64,000 nt of DNA from Octopus sinensis. Lineage: Eukaryota. The notes under the pieces were generated by a model. The model was not told where the DNA came from. It did no database searches and saw nothing but the letters and a program-made list of their open reading frames with translations. Positions 13,361-25,163 of this stretch are shown here, piece by piece. The stretch is from contig NC_043004.1 of assembly GCF_006345805.1 (NCBI RefSeq), forward strand, positions 34,844,001 to 34,908,000, written 5' to 3'. Position numbers and translations under genes: made by a program. Within the stretch, counting starts at the first letter, position 1. Every line of letters starts with the position of its first letter.

Positions 13361-14869
13361 GATTAAGCGTGTCTTCCTATCATTGTCTCTCTCTTTACAT
13401 TCTTTATCGAAGATTTGCTCCTATTTTCTGTTGTATGCTTCGAAGATATCTCCTTCATCTGATTCGTATTTGAACTCTGTTAAGGAGATTGTGACAGTCT
13501 GGCAAGAACATTTTTTCTGAATTTCCTGATGACTTCATTAATTTTAGCATTTGTTGTTGTGATAATAATTGTTGTTGTTGCTGTTTTTGCAACTCGAGCA
13601 AACCAGCCAACAAATTTTCCTTAATTTTTATGACTTATTTTCGTAAAATTCACACAACAAAAACTTTGTGAGTTTGTTAATTCCTCGTAGAGTTTATTAA
13701 TTCCTACTAAGTTGTTTCAATCCTCGTCACCACTGTTATATCCTTAAAATGTTGGATTGTTGTAATGCCCACTTCAGTATACAGTCTACTTTGTAAAACC
13801 AGTAAAGACACAACTATCTCTGACCACCTACTATGAACTCTTGTACTTCAGGTACTTCTTTTTACTTATAGTGATTAGGTTATTCCATTCATAACGTGGG
13901 AAGGGTGTACAATTATTATGAATTCCCTACAACACTAGTGCATCTAATGCCTGTTGGATTCAAGCCAAAAATATATTTGGTGACATAATTTCAAAAAATT
14001 ACAAAGCAACCAAAAAGTTGCTGTCTGCAACACTAAAGAGGTTGAAAGATGAACTGGCAGATAATCAATGGATGGGCTGAATTCACATCCACTGACCAAC
14101 AAATAATGGCCAAATGGATAGAGAACTGGAATACCAATTCATCAGTCCTGAGTTCAAATTAGTAGCAAGCACTTTGTATTTCTTATTGTGTACTTAGTCA
14201 TACACTTTCCCTTACATTTAGCTGTTTGAATCAGGGGCCAGGTTATGTGATCATTTATATACATATACATGTTCACTCATACACATACACATATGTTCAT
14301 ACAAGTATACCTATGTTGGTTTGTGTTCATATTAGTCCTTACATACACTGACATGGATGAATAGAGGAACGGGCTCCACTCTCACATGTCTATCTATGTG
14401 TGTCCACAGAGAGACTTTCATACAAAGAGTAACACATCAGTGATTGCTTATGGTGACATGCACGAAGACATGGAAATTTGCGTGCAATAAGATACAATTT
14501 CAATATCATACAGTGAGTTCAGACAATAAAGATATTGTCTATATATATACACATTCATTGATTAATCAGTTAATTACTATTCTATTGTGAAAATTTAAAT
14601 CTCAGTCTAAGTTTGCATATCATCAGTCTTGCAGAGCACCTGTTAACTACCTGTCCTTTGCTCAGTAAAATGAATGTGGTGATATGCGTAAGGACATGGA
14701 AATGTGCATATAATTAAGTACAATTTCTACATCATACTATACAGTAGGTTCTGAAAATAAAGACATTATACATACAATTAACAGTTATGTTAGTGTATAT
14801 GTACTAGAAGAGATTTAGCTAGTTAACGATTAATATTTACAATTCTTAATTATTCATTTATTTATTTGA

Positions 14870-15212
14870 TGCTGCAGTAAATGGGAGAGTCACTGCTTCC
14901 ATAGCTGAATGCAACAAAACCCTGTAGTATGGGACCTGTCAAGGAACTGTCTCTTCCAATCTGCGGCGTTTGAGACATTTGGAGGTACTGTGCCACGAAT
15001 GGCAAAGTTATTGTCATTGTTGGCAGCACTAAGGTGTCAGATGATGCCCATGAGAGTGCTTGGCTTTTCCAATGCTTTGGCCTCACCATGGCTTGTGGTA
15101 ATGCCATGAGCATGCTGGTTTCCTTCAGTAGGTTCCATTGAACCTTGTGGTGTGACCCAATTGAAGCACTCAGTGTTGCATTGATGTGTTTTTTCTTTCT
15201 CTTCTTTCACAC
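14870..15212 (+). mobile_element. CRE-like (RLE) non-LTR retrotransposon 3' fragment
   Basis: DLSRNCLFQSAAFETFGG...ESAWLFQCFGLTMACGNAMSML resembles the CRE-clade RLE C-terminus. The last ~95 bp recur at 20322-20420. Confidence 0.65.
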
Positions 15213-15361
15213 TCTGTATCACATTGGAATCTCCCCCAAGAACTACATTAAGGGTACGCATGTCTGTGGAGTGCTCAACCACTTGCACGTTAATTTCATG
15301 AGCAGGTTGTTCCATTGATCGCATCAACTGGAACCCTCGTCACCATAACCAACGGAGTGCC
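15213..15361 (+). mobile_element. SINE central/3' fragment (further family)
   Basis: GTCTGTGGAGTGCTCAACCACTTGCACGTTAATTTCATGAGCAGG; GC-richer island recognised as a repeat, single copy in this window. Confidence 0.5.
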
Positions 15362-15700
15362 ATGAAATATGCTGAATACACAAGCAGTTAGCATTTCTAA
15401 TTAAGTAGTTATAAGTGATATAGATCTTTGGTGGGGTTCTGAAGAGATCACATAGACTACTGGTTATAGAAGCAAACATAGAATTAAGGCTAATTCCCAA
15501 ATAAACATGAAAACACTTGAATCAGAATTGAATTCAAGACCTATGGGTAACCAAAGCCGTGTCATATCTTATTAACTCTTTCCTCTTATTTTCTGTAGAT
15601 TTCTTTTTAACTAATTGTAATGATGAGACAAACATTCATTGGTGAGACAGATGGCATATGTAAGATAACTTTGTTTCTATGTATTAATGCAGAGCATGTA

Positions 15701-15739
<39 letters not shown>

Positions 15740-17509
15740 AAGTCCATTTTTCTCTATACACACTGGAGATATTGAACTCAATACTGAAAATTAATAAACT
15801 GCAAATTATCTTCCAGGGATGGTGTCTACCAGAGTGTGTTACATAATTGTGAATGGTGTATATGGGATCATCAAAAGTTAAGAAACGTTGGGCTTAAGCC
15901 AAAAACAGAGGCAACTGATACAAGCCATCAAATCTTTGCCTTGTGCTTCTACATTTTATTGACTTGACTTGGTTTTCCTTTTGGAAAAGGTTAAAGCTGA
16001 CAAGTTAATATAAGTATTCCAATGGTGTTGCATTAAAATGATAGAGTCTGACTAATAATCATAATTATCCATTTAAACCATACTAGATTCTTTGCTTGTA
16101 GGCAAGACATGTAACTTTATTCACCTTATTTTGATTCAGTGGAAACAGATACCATTCCTACTTCATGCTTGAGTGGTTAGTGGTAAGATGCCAAAGATAT
16201 GACTAAAAACAATAAATGCAACAAAACCTGCTTGCTGGGAAAATAAATGTAATACAAGAGAAAGAAGAATAGCAAACAATCCTGTATAAATGTGTGAATT
16301 TATGCATGATTCTATAAAGAAGAGAAAGAAAGTAGAGTGAAAATAAAGAAGCACAAAAGCTACACTAACAAAATACTGTATACACGGTGGACATTTATCT
16401 TTCTATTACCGTTCTTCCCTTCTTTACCATGTTTGTTTTCAACAGATTATAAGAGACATTCTTCTTTCTTGCTAAACTATTAACACAGATGAGACTGAGA
16501 ATCAATTAATTTTCTTGCAGAAATCTATTTATCAAAACGTCTGAAATATATTCAGTCGGAGAATGACTCAGATAACTTCCTACAAGCTTCCGTTTAATAT
16601 GGGACAATGTATTTGCAAAGGAAATTATTTGTACAAAATAACAAATATATATCTACCCTGAAGAAAATTTGAAGAAATGATGCATTGTTTCTTTTGTTTG
16701 GTGTTTCTCCACCCCAGCATTTTTTCTCTTAAAGTGAAGAGGAAGAAAGAAAGGAAAACAGTCAATACTGTCAACAAAATATATAGAAATAAATATAATT
16801 CAGCCTGTATAGTTTACTTTCTATTAAGCTTTCTTTATTGCACAAAAGTAATAAATGTTTAGTTCCCTTTTCTAAGTGTTACCACTGTGACATAACAACA
16901 AAACCAAAACTCATCCTAGCCTAACCTAGCTTCACAACATTACAACAATTTCAACCTTTTATTTGAGAGTTTCATGCAATAATACTACATAACAAAACAA
17001 AAAGAAAAACAAAGTTTTTACAGCAGGAGGACAATAATTTCCTATACAAACCAAAATGAATTTGTTGTGGATTTTATGCATCCATAGTCGGAAACTGGTT
17101 GACGGATCTTCCCCATTTTATCAAACCACTGCCCCATGTTTATGCCATAAAATACTCATGTATTTTATGGCACAAACCTTATTTTTTCCTATTTTTCAGT
17201 TAGTGTTTGCAGAATATTATTGTCAAATTCTATGGACTGGAAATAAAATGTAAAAATGAATGTTAAACAGAGTGCATGGAATAATGATTAATACTGTCTT
17301 TATTGCATTAAGTTAAATGGATGAGAGATAAAATTCCCCCTGGATAAGACACTTGCCTAACTCAGCCTGAGCTATGACTGTGATGAAGAAGTTCACATTA
17401 TAACTATTGGTTCTAGACCTGATCCACTAGGTGGCGCCTTGAGCAAGTGTATTCTGTAGTAGTCTATGGTTAACTAGTAACTTACTTGTATGGAAAATGT
17501 GCAGAGATC

Positions 17510-17885
17510 AACCATCATTGTCATCGTCGTCATCATCAATGTTGCCATCATGATCTTTGTAGTCACTGTCAGTAATGTTGTATTCATATTAGCATCACAG
17601 CCACAATCATCACGTTCATGATTGTTAATATTGTCATCACCATTGCTGTCCTCATCATTATCATTGTCATTTAGACAGCATTGTCATCATCATCATCATC
17701 AACATCGTCCTTATTATCCTTCTTATCATCATCATCGTCATTATTGTTATTGTTGTCATATTGTTTATGTCATCACCATTGTCATTATTATTGTCCTTGT
17801 CCACTGCATTGACATCCTCGTTATCATCCTCGTCATAAGCATCTTCCTCCTCCTCATCACCATCACCACCACCATCACCACTACC
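17510..17885. repeat. Decayed (CAT)n microsatellite
   Basis: CAT/CGT/CAC triplet periodicity. Confidence 0.75.
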
Positions 17886-18337
17886 CCCAATCTATGTTTG
17901 TTTTTCTAAGCATGCTTGAGTTGAACTCTCTTTCCTGCTACAATGTCTTACTATACACTGTGGTCATTTATCATCTCGATGAAGTTCAACATTTAATAAA
18001 GTTAGTTTCCTCTTTTGTCACTTCTACCCATGTTTTCCATGATCTTTCTCTCTGTCATAATCCTTCTGTTTAAATTACCTGGCTGCTTCTTCAACTGACT
18101 GTCTTCATCTATTTATGTGCAGTCTTCTCTTCTAAACACGACACTTAATTAATTCTTAAAGTCCATCTTTTTCCTCATCTCATTGTTGCTCTCCCACTCA
18201 GCTACACAAATATTACTCTGTCCAATAAAGTAGCTTTGCTTCATTTCTTTCCAGCTGCCACATCAAATAAGATGTTTCCCTATTGTACAACATTACACTT
18301 CATACACAATCATTGCACACACACACACACACGCATA

Positions 18338-18720
18338 CATCATCATCGTCATCATCATTCAATGTCCGTTTTCCATGCTAGCATGGGTTGGACGGTTCGA
18401 CCGGTGTCTGGGAAGCCAGGAGGCTGCACCAGGCTCCAGTCTGATCTGGCAGTGTTTCTACAGCTGGATGCTCTTCCTAACGCGAACAACTCCGTGAGTG
18501 TAGTGGGTGCTTTTTACGTGTCACCGGCACAGGTGCCAGGGGAGGCTGGCAGCAGCCATGATCGGTTGGTGCTTTTTACGTGCCACCAGCACAGAAGCCA
18601 GTCAGGGCAGCGCCAGCATCAGCCATGTTCGGATGGTGCTTTTTACGTGCCACCAGCACAGGTGTAACAACTACAATTGCCATTTGATTTTTATTTTGAT
18701 GTTGATGTACTTGACTCATA
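18338..18720 (-). mobile_element. RTE 3'-end fragment with internal subrepeats
   Basis: Same tail; three GGTGCTTTTTACGTG.CACC.GCACAG subrepeats. Confidence 0.8.
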
Positions 18721-18764
18721 AAACATGAGAGAAAGGAAAAGGTATTCATGAGACTTTTTATTAT

Positions 18765-18867
18765 TCATTATGATTGTTTCGACCCACTGTGCACCAGTAC
18801 CTTGCAAGTGAAATGCTGTACAAACAGTTTTGGTGCATCATTGGTACAGATGTGTCTCATCAGGTGA
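18765..18867 (-). ncRNA. Decayed type I hammerhead with extended stem II (putative inverted pseudo-LTR of the adjacent Penelope remnant)
   Basis: Minus strand: TCAC-CTGATGA-GAC...(70 nt)...GTC-GAAA-CAATCA-TA-ATGA. CAATCA is explicable as CpG-decayed palindrome CGATCG. Confidence 0.5.
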
Positions 18868-19149
18868 CTTGTCAAAAGGTATCTTGTTTTTTTAGTCTCC
18901 ATTTAACTTATTTCAATTAGAAAAAAATAAAATATATATACAATAGTAATATGTTTAATTCTAATAACCAAAATATTAAGACAAGTAAACTCTACGTAGG
19001 AACACACAGACACAACCACAGGGTTGATGGAGAGGATCTGAATAAGCCATGAATAAAAAATGAAAACTTACAAAACTAAAACAGAAACTGCTAATAAAGA
19101 ACAATAAAATATGAGATTATCACAACTCATTAACAAGCCACACTCTCAC

Positions 19150-20110
19150 ATCCAGCATTAGAAGCAACAAACTGAACAAAAGATACAAAAACCCCAATGT
19201 TCTGTGAGAGAACCCTTTCTATGGATCACATATATCATTGAGGATTGAAAAGGAATTCTTTATTGGATGTTTTCCTAAATCCAATAAATAACACAAAATA
19301 TTTAACAGGCACACTGTGAAGATATCATATGAGAACTCTAGTAACTTAGACTACCATTTACGTAGAATTAACAATAGGAAACTGAATCAGGAGTTCAATA
19401 ATAAAGCTAGTGAACGTATAGTATAGTATTTACCAAGGACTTGGATAATAAAGAAGGAAGAAGCCAACTAATCTCTAATAGTTACAATGGAAGTAATAGC
19501 ATAAACAGACACAGTATAAATACCACCAACAGTGGATGTACCAAAAATTCTAACACTAATGACACTAATTACAGCAGGAATCAATTTAATGAGAACCAGT
19601 TAGAGCCATGTAATAATAGAGGAAATGACAGAACACTAGAAATGGAATGAAAAAGGAGAATATCAACATAATGGTGCACAAAACAACAAATGCACTTGCA
19701 GAGAAAAAATACAATGTCTTTTGCAGAACTGATGTTTGTGTTGGAGTGTGATATACAGATGCGCAGGGTGAACAAGGGGGAGGCCGATATGTCTATATAG
19801 GTGCTTCTACTGATTCTTTTAAAAATCAATATCGAAATCACACTAATAGTTTCAACAAAATCAATAAGAGACATTCAACATCATTAGCTGACCTTCTATA
19901 GAAATTAAAGGCGGATAGAGTAAAATATACTTTAAATTGGTCAATAATAAAAGCATGCACACCCATATGATGCCTTCTCTCAAGAGTGCAGTTTATGCTC
20001 AGAGGAATCACTATGCATCTTATTGAACAATGAAAAGGTAATTAAAGATAATTATTCTCTGAAAGAATAATAAAATGCAAATATAAACTGAGATTCACAT
20101 TTTCACAATA
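19150..20110 (+). pseudogene. Penelope-like retroelement ORF remnant (RT C-terminus, linker, GIY-YIG endonuclease)
   Basis: Manual translation across stops and frameshifts: FPKSNK*HKIFNRHTVKISY (19270-19329); NKCTCREKIQCLLQN*CL..SVIYRC; YVYIGASTDSFKNQYRNHTNSF (~19788-19853); STSLADLL*KLK..LNWSIIK; CSLCSEE. This matches C-terminal-EN PLE motifs. Confidence 0.75.
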
Positions 20111-20143
20111 TGATTATGTTCTACAAATCTTATTTCATGTATA

Positions 20144-20297
20144 TCATCATCATCATCATCATCATTTAATGTCTGCTTTCCATGCTGGTACAGGTTGAAT
20201 GGTTTGACTGAGGGCTGGCAAGCTAGGAGTCTGCACCAGGCTCCAATCTGACCTGGCATAGTTTCTACAGCTGGACGCCCTTCCTAACACCAACCAT
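20144..20297 (-). mobile_element. RTE 3'-end fragment
   Basis: (CAT)n tail and TTTCTACAGCTGGACGCCCTTCCTAAC. Confidence 0.75.
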
Positions 20298-20903
20298 ATG
20301 TATGCATATGATACATATATAGGTTTTCTTCAGTAGGTTCCATTGAACCTTGTGGTGTGTGACCAACTGAAGCACTCAGTGCAGCATTGATGTGTTTTTC
20401 CTTTCTCTTCTTTCTCACTTTTTTAGAAACAGGAAACAAGAGTGAGAAAATGTTGTGGGGAAAGGGTACAACAGGGTTCACCACCATCCACCGCTGGAGC
20501 CTCGTGGTGCTTTTAGGTGTTTTTGCTCATTAAACATTAACAATGCCCATTCTGGGAATTGAAACTGCAATCCTACAACTGCAAGTCCGCTGCACTAAAC
20601 ACTGGGCCATTGTGCCTCCACATTCAACATATACTAAAACCGTTTCATTACTTTATTACTATTGAAATATAATGTATTCATTGCAATTAATTTTTAAAAT
20701 AACCAACGATTTAGTAAAATAACTTTGCCATTATTATGTTGGTGTTTTGAATATGAATTAACATTTTCAGGAAAGATTTAAATTTAGGTCACTTTAAAAC
20801 AAATTTTGAATCATGGAACAAAGGTTAGTTCAAAGGTGGGTGGGTATGAAAAGGGTTAAAGAGTGCTGTTAATGAGAGCTGATATAAAACAAATATAGTT
20901 TAA

Positions 20904-21125
20904 CCCTTTAGCATTTAAACCGGCCATATCCGTCCCAAATATTCTACCTGTTTTATATTCAAATTGGCAAAATCCAGCCTCTCACACCTACCCTACAATG
21001 ACATTCTGAAAATGAACAGTTATATATATTCAGAATCTCAAAGCTATGAAATAAAGCAGTATTAATTCAAAGTAATGTGACTAAATAAGTATTATATTTG
21101 ACAGATTAATCTGAATGCTAAAGGG
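20904..21125. mobile_element. piggyBac-type MITE
   Basis: TTAA TSDs at 20900-20903 and 21126-21129; 12-bp TIR CCCTTTAGCATT/AATGCTAAAGGG. Confidence 0.85.
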
Positions 21126-22189
21126 TTAAAATATTTTAGTACGTTACAAATATTTTCTATACAGAGAAGCCAATATTAAATCCATCTATACCGTTCCTGG
21201 CACTGACAAATTCTCCACTATTTCTTACAAAACCATGGCTTAAATATTCCGATGGGCCTTTAGTCAGGGTATTATTAAAACAATGTATTAGAGTTGAGGG
21301 ATTACTTGATTTTGTATCAGAACATATTAATGACTTTGTTCTAAATGAAGATTATGGTTTGATTCACAAAGAAAAGAATGAAAACAGTATTTTATTTAAG
21401 GAAAGATGAGGAATTTGTGAATTTCAAAAGCTGTCCTAAACTGGTCAGGTTAGATCAGTTGATGACTTTTTGAGACAACTGTTAAAACGGGAGAAGGAAT
21501 TTCTTTGAAAAATGGTGTACTCGCTGCTATCACCATCCTGACATCACCACCGCCATTATCATCTTTGTCACCATCACCATCATCGTCGTCGTCATCATCA
21601 TCATCAACAACAACAACACAATAAGTTTAATATTTTGTGTAAAGAAAGGTTTGCATTGTTGTAATTCCACCAAATTTTCATTTTCCACCCCTATTTTTCT
21701 CTCCTTTTCTTTCTGCTCCCTCCCCACTCCTCTCTCTCTCTCTCTCTCGTTCTTTCTCCATTGTCAGATCTTTTGTTTATCCGCTTTCGAATTAATCCCA
21801 CACATAAAGAGATATGTGGTTAAGTCATTATTCAAAAAAAAAAGAAAATGACATGAACCAACTTTTCAAAATTTTTCATGACAAGTGTATTCTGTGAGAA
21901 ATTATTTAATAAATACATCATTCTTTGGAGGATATTGCAACAGAGTTCCTTTAATCTCTGGGAGATAATGGAAAAGAAATTATTATTTATGTTTCTCTAT
22001 GGCTGCAACATTTCCACATATAAAAAATTTAATGAATTTTTTTTTTCTGTTCACTTACTGTTTCTAAACTTACATAATTGCACCTAAAATGCCATACTTC
22101 ATATCCATAGACAAGGGTGGTGGAGATATTAAAACTTTCTTTTTGTCTTTTCTATGCAAAGAATTATGCATCCATTCATATCAGAAGCA

Positions 22190-22770
22190 ATGATGAGGAG
22201 GATGATCCTGAAGAAGATGATGGTGGTGGTGATGGTGATGCTATAAAGAAGAAGAAGAAGTTGATGATGATGATGATGATAATAATGGTGGTGGTGGTGA
22301 TGATGGTATAAAGAAGAAGAAGTTGATGATAATGATGATGATGGTGGTGGTGATGGTGATGGTATAAAGAAGAAGAAGAAGTTTAGGATGAGGATGATGG
22401 TGGTGGTGGTGATGATGCTGATAATGGAAATGATAACGATGATGTTCATCACCATCATGATGATGGGGATGATGATTACGGATGGTAATGATGTTGATGA
22501 TGATGGTAGTGGTGATGACGACGATGATGGTGATGACGATAACGATGACCATGATATCTCTTATGATATCTATGATAAAAGGGAGGAGGAACATTGTAAT
22601 GATGTTAGCCATACTGATGGGTATGCTGATTATGATGGTAAAATACCAATAGTGACCTCAACAATGACCATAATGATGATTAGTATGGCAGAGATGATGG
22701 TCATTGCCATCATCATCAGCATCATCATCATAGTTATTGATTATGACGATGAGGTTATTATTGATGGAGG
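22190..22770. repeat. Compound (GAT/GGT/GAA)n microsatellite with higher-order repeats
   Basis: TATAAAGAAGAAGAAG recurs three times inside GAT/GGT runs. Confidence 0.85.
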
Positions 22771-23158
22771 AGCTGCAGAAAGATGCGTATTTAATCTTCA
22801 TTCCTTGTGCACTAAGTCCAAAGAATGTTATTTAGTTCCTGACCAATATTAATGTCAACTAACCTATATGTAAGCATCCCTATCATTGTAGAACTTCCTT
22901 CCTGTAAGTGCCGCAGAGACATAAAAGGAAGTTTAAAACATGCAGACATTATAATATTACCATTTAAGAATCACATCGTTGGATCAAGCTGAGGAAATAC
23001 AACAATCACCGATTTATTTCTTTTCTTTTCATCGAAATTCCTTTTTCCTAAGTGACTTTCCCAAGAATGCTATGATACCAAATTCCATTGAAATTGCAAC
23101 AGTGAAAAAACAGCTTGCTAAACGATTCCTAGAAAGGTTTCTCTGATCTATCTTTCAG

Positions 23159-23197
23159 GAGACGCACCATTCTTATTTAATCTAGAAACAGAATGAG
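23159..23197 (+). CDS. Candidate 39-nt stop-containing exon
   Basis: CTCTGATCTATCTTTCAG acceptor and GAG|GTAAGA donor in non-repetitive sequence; phase-1 reading [G/R]DAPFLFNLETE*. Confidence 0.3.
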
Positions 23198-23771
23198 GTA
23201 AGAACTGAACAGTCTACAGGATTCAATTTCAAGAATCAGGTTTTTTTTTGTCTAGTATTTTTTTTTGTTTATTGCTTTTCTTTATTTAGGTTATACATCT
23301 GCTTATTTCAATAATGCAAAGTGATTCGGTAAGATTATGGCAATAAAACAATGAGTTATTGGCATTGAAGACAATATCAATACAATGAATGTAATGTAAT
23401 CAGCTAAATATTTTCTGTAAGAAATAAAATGCGATGATATTCAATGTCGTTATTAAATTTATATTTTGTCTTTTTTATTTCCATAGTATTTCAGTTGTTA
23501 TATTTTCTGAATGTCTTCTGTAAGAACACTGCATCAAACTACTTGGTTCCGTTGGTTCCTTGCCAGCAAATTGTTGGCAACATACAAGTTATGTACCAAT
23601 CTATGATGAAAAACTTAAATTGGCAAAAGATAAGTCTAATCCTGATATTTTAGTTAGAACGCATCAACGAAAATCATGAAGATTATTAGAGAATATTAAA
23701 ACAAAATATAAAATCACAAAGAGTACTCAGACAAAGTGCAGACAAAAAGTAGTACATATATATATATAATA

Positions 23772-23857
<86 letters not shown>

Positions 23858-24315
23858 CTAGAAGAATATATATATATATATATAGAAGGTAGTGACTACA
23901 ACTATATACATACATATATGTATTAATACACACACGCACACTCATATAAGCATATCATCATTATCATTTAATGTCGATGTTCTGTGTTGGCATGAATTGG
24001 ATGGTTTGACAGGATCCATTGGTTCCAGGGACTACATCATATACTAGTATCAGCTTTGACAAGGTTACTGCTACACACAACATACACACACATATACACA
24101 CTTAGTTGCTTAGTGGTTGCGAGTTTGATTCTTGGTGGTGTACAGTTCTATATTTAAGTGATGAGGAATTATGTACATTATTTACAATTGACGGATATTT
24201 ATCCTCATCTTCTTTGTTGTTAACACAACATTTCGGCTGATATACCCTCTTGGGGTAATTTCATACCTGGGTTCTCATTCCTAAGGTATTTTTCCATGTT
24301 ATTATTATTATTATT

Positions 24316-24872
24316 GAGTGAGCGAGCAGAGCATGCCATCAAAGTGACACTGGGGTAAAATATACGAAGCCCAGTATACCCATCATGACTACCCGTCTGA
24401 TAAGGGTACACCAGGCACATGCATCACAACCATATGTGCGCGACATGGTGATCTCATATCAAGATAAACAGCACATGACCTTGCAGGTGGAGCCCAGTTA
24501 GAATTTTCTTCAGATCAAGTAACCCATCCCGCTCAAAAGGTCCCTGAATAAGGGTTGTTTAAGGACGTTGAACGAAACACCCATGTTTCCAGAGGTGAAT
24601 TATTCAAACCCCAAAGAATCCTTCTCAACACATGGCTATGATGCTCCCCCACTACTTCTGCTCGTGATCAGAGATGCACATATCGTCAGCCACTAAGGGA
24701 CATGGTCAACTGGTTACGGTCAAACAACTGACAAGCAAATCTGTGGTAATGAGCAGAATATTTGCTGTAGCCCATCTTTTATACCAAGACAAAACAATGT
24801 ACATGATAACACTTCCAATCAGTTAAGATCAGAAGCCATGAGAGCCACTGCCTGGTACTGCATCAGGGCATT
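24316..24872. mobile_element. ~555-bp non-coding element inserted in (ATT)n
   Basis: Same-length, same-ended copy at 41324-41882; both are bounded on both sides by ATT repeats. Confidence 0.85.
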
Positions 24873-24883
24873 TATTATTATTA

Positions 24884-24926
<43 letters not shown>

Positions 24927-25120
24927 TATTATTATTCAGGAATTGAACTCAGAATCATGGGGTTAGTAGCCCATGCTCTTAACCACTATGCCATATGCCC
25001 AGCAGTGACCTGAATAATAATAATAATAATACTAATACTAATACTACTACTAATAATAATAATAACAACAATATCAAAAAATACCTTAGGAATGAGAACC
25101 CAGGTTCGAAATTTCCCCAA

Positions 25121-25163
25121 GACACCTGATGAAGGCTGGAGGGTATATCAGCCGAAATGTGTT
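25121..25163 (+). ncRNA. Minimal hammerhead motif (stem III damaged in this copy)
   Basis: GACAC-CTGATGA-A-GGCTG-GAGGGTATAT-CAGCC-GAAA-T-GTGTT. Sister copies show GAAA-TGTT and GAAA-CATT, implying ancestral GAAACGTT. Confidence 0.6.

Larger units (their letters stand above)
11185..13934 (-). mobile_element. Degenerate, internally deleted Ty3/gypsy LTR retrotransposon (Mag-like)
   Basis: LTRs at 13734-13934 (TG...CA) and ~11185-11362. PBS TGGTGACGAGGAT (13720-13732) matches the tRNA-Ser(GCT) 3' end with one mismatch. PPT AAAAGGGGAGA adjoins the 3' LTR. Gag, protease and integrase remnants lie between. Confidence 0.88.

Noticed and set aside
14445-14775. Diverged ~90-bp direct repeat at ~225-bp spacing
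   Set aside because: Old, low-identity duplication with no ribozyme core, termini or ORF.
24938-25000. Possible tRNA gene (also the heads at 3419, 7718, ~14110 and ~57905)
   Set aside because: A/B boxes are present but there is no complete acceptor stem or cloverleaf, and each continues into a repeated body, so they are SINE heads.
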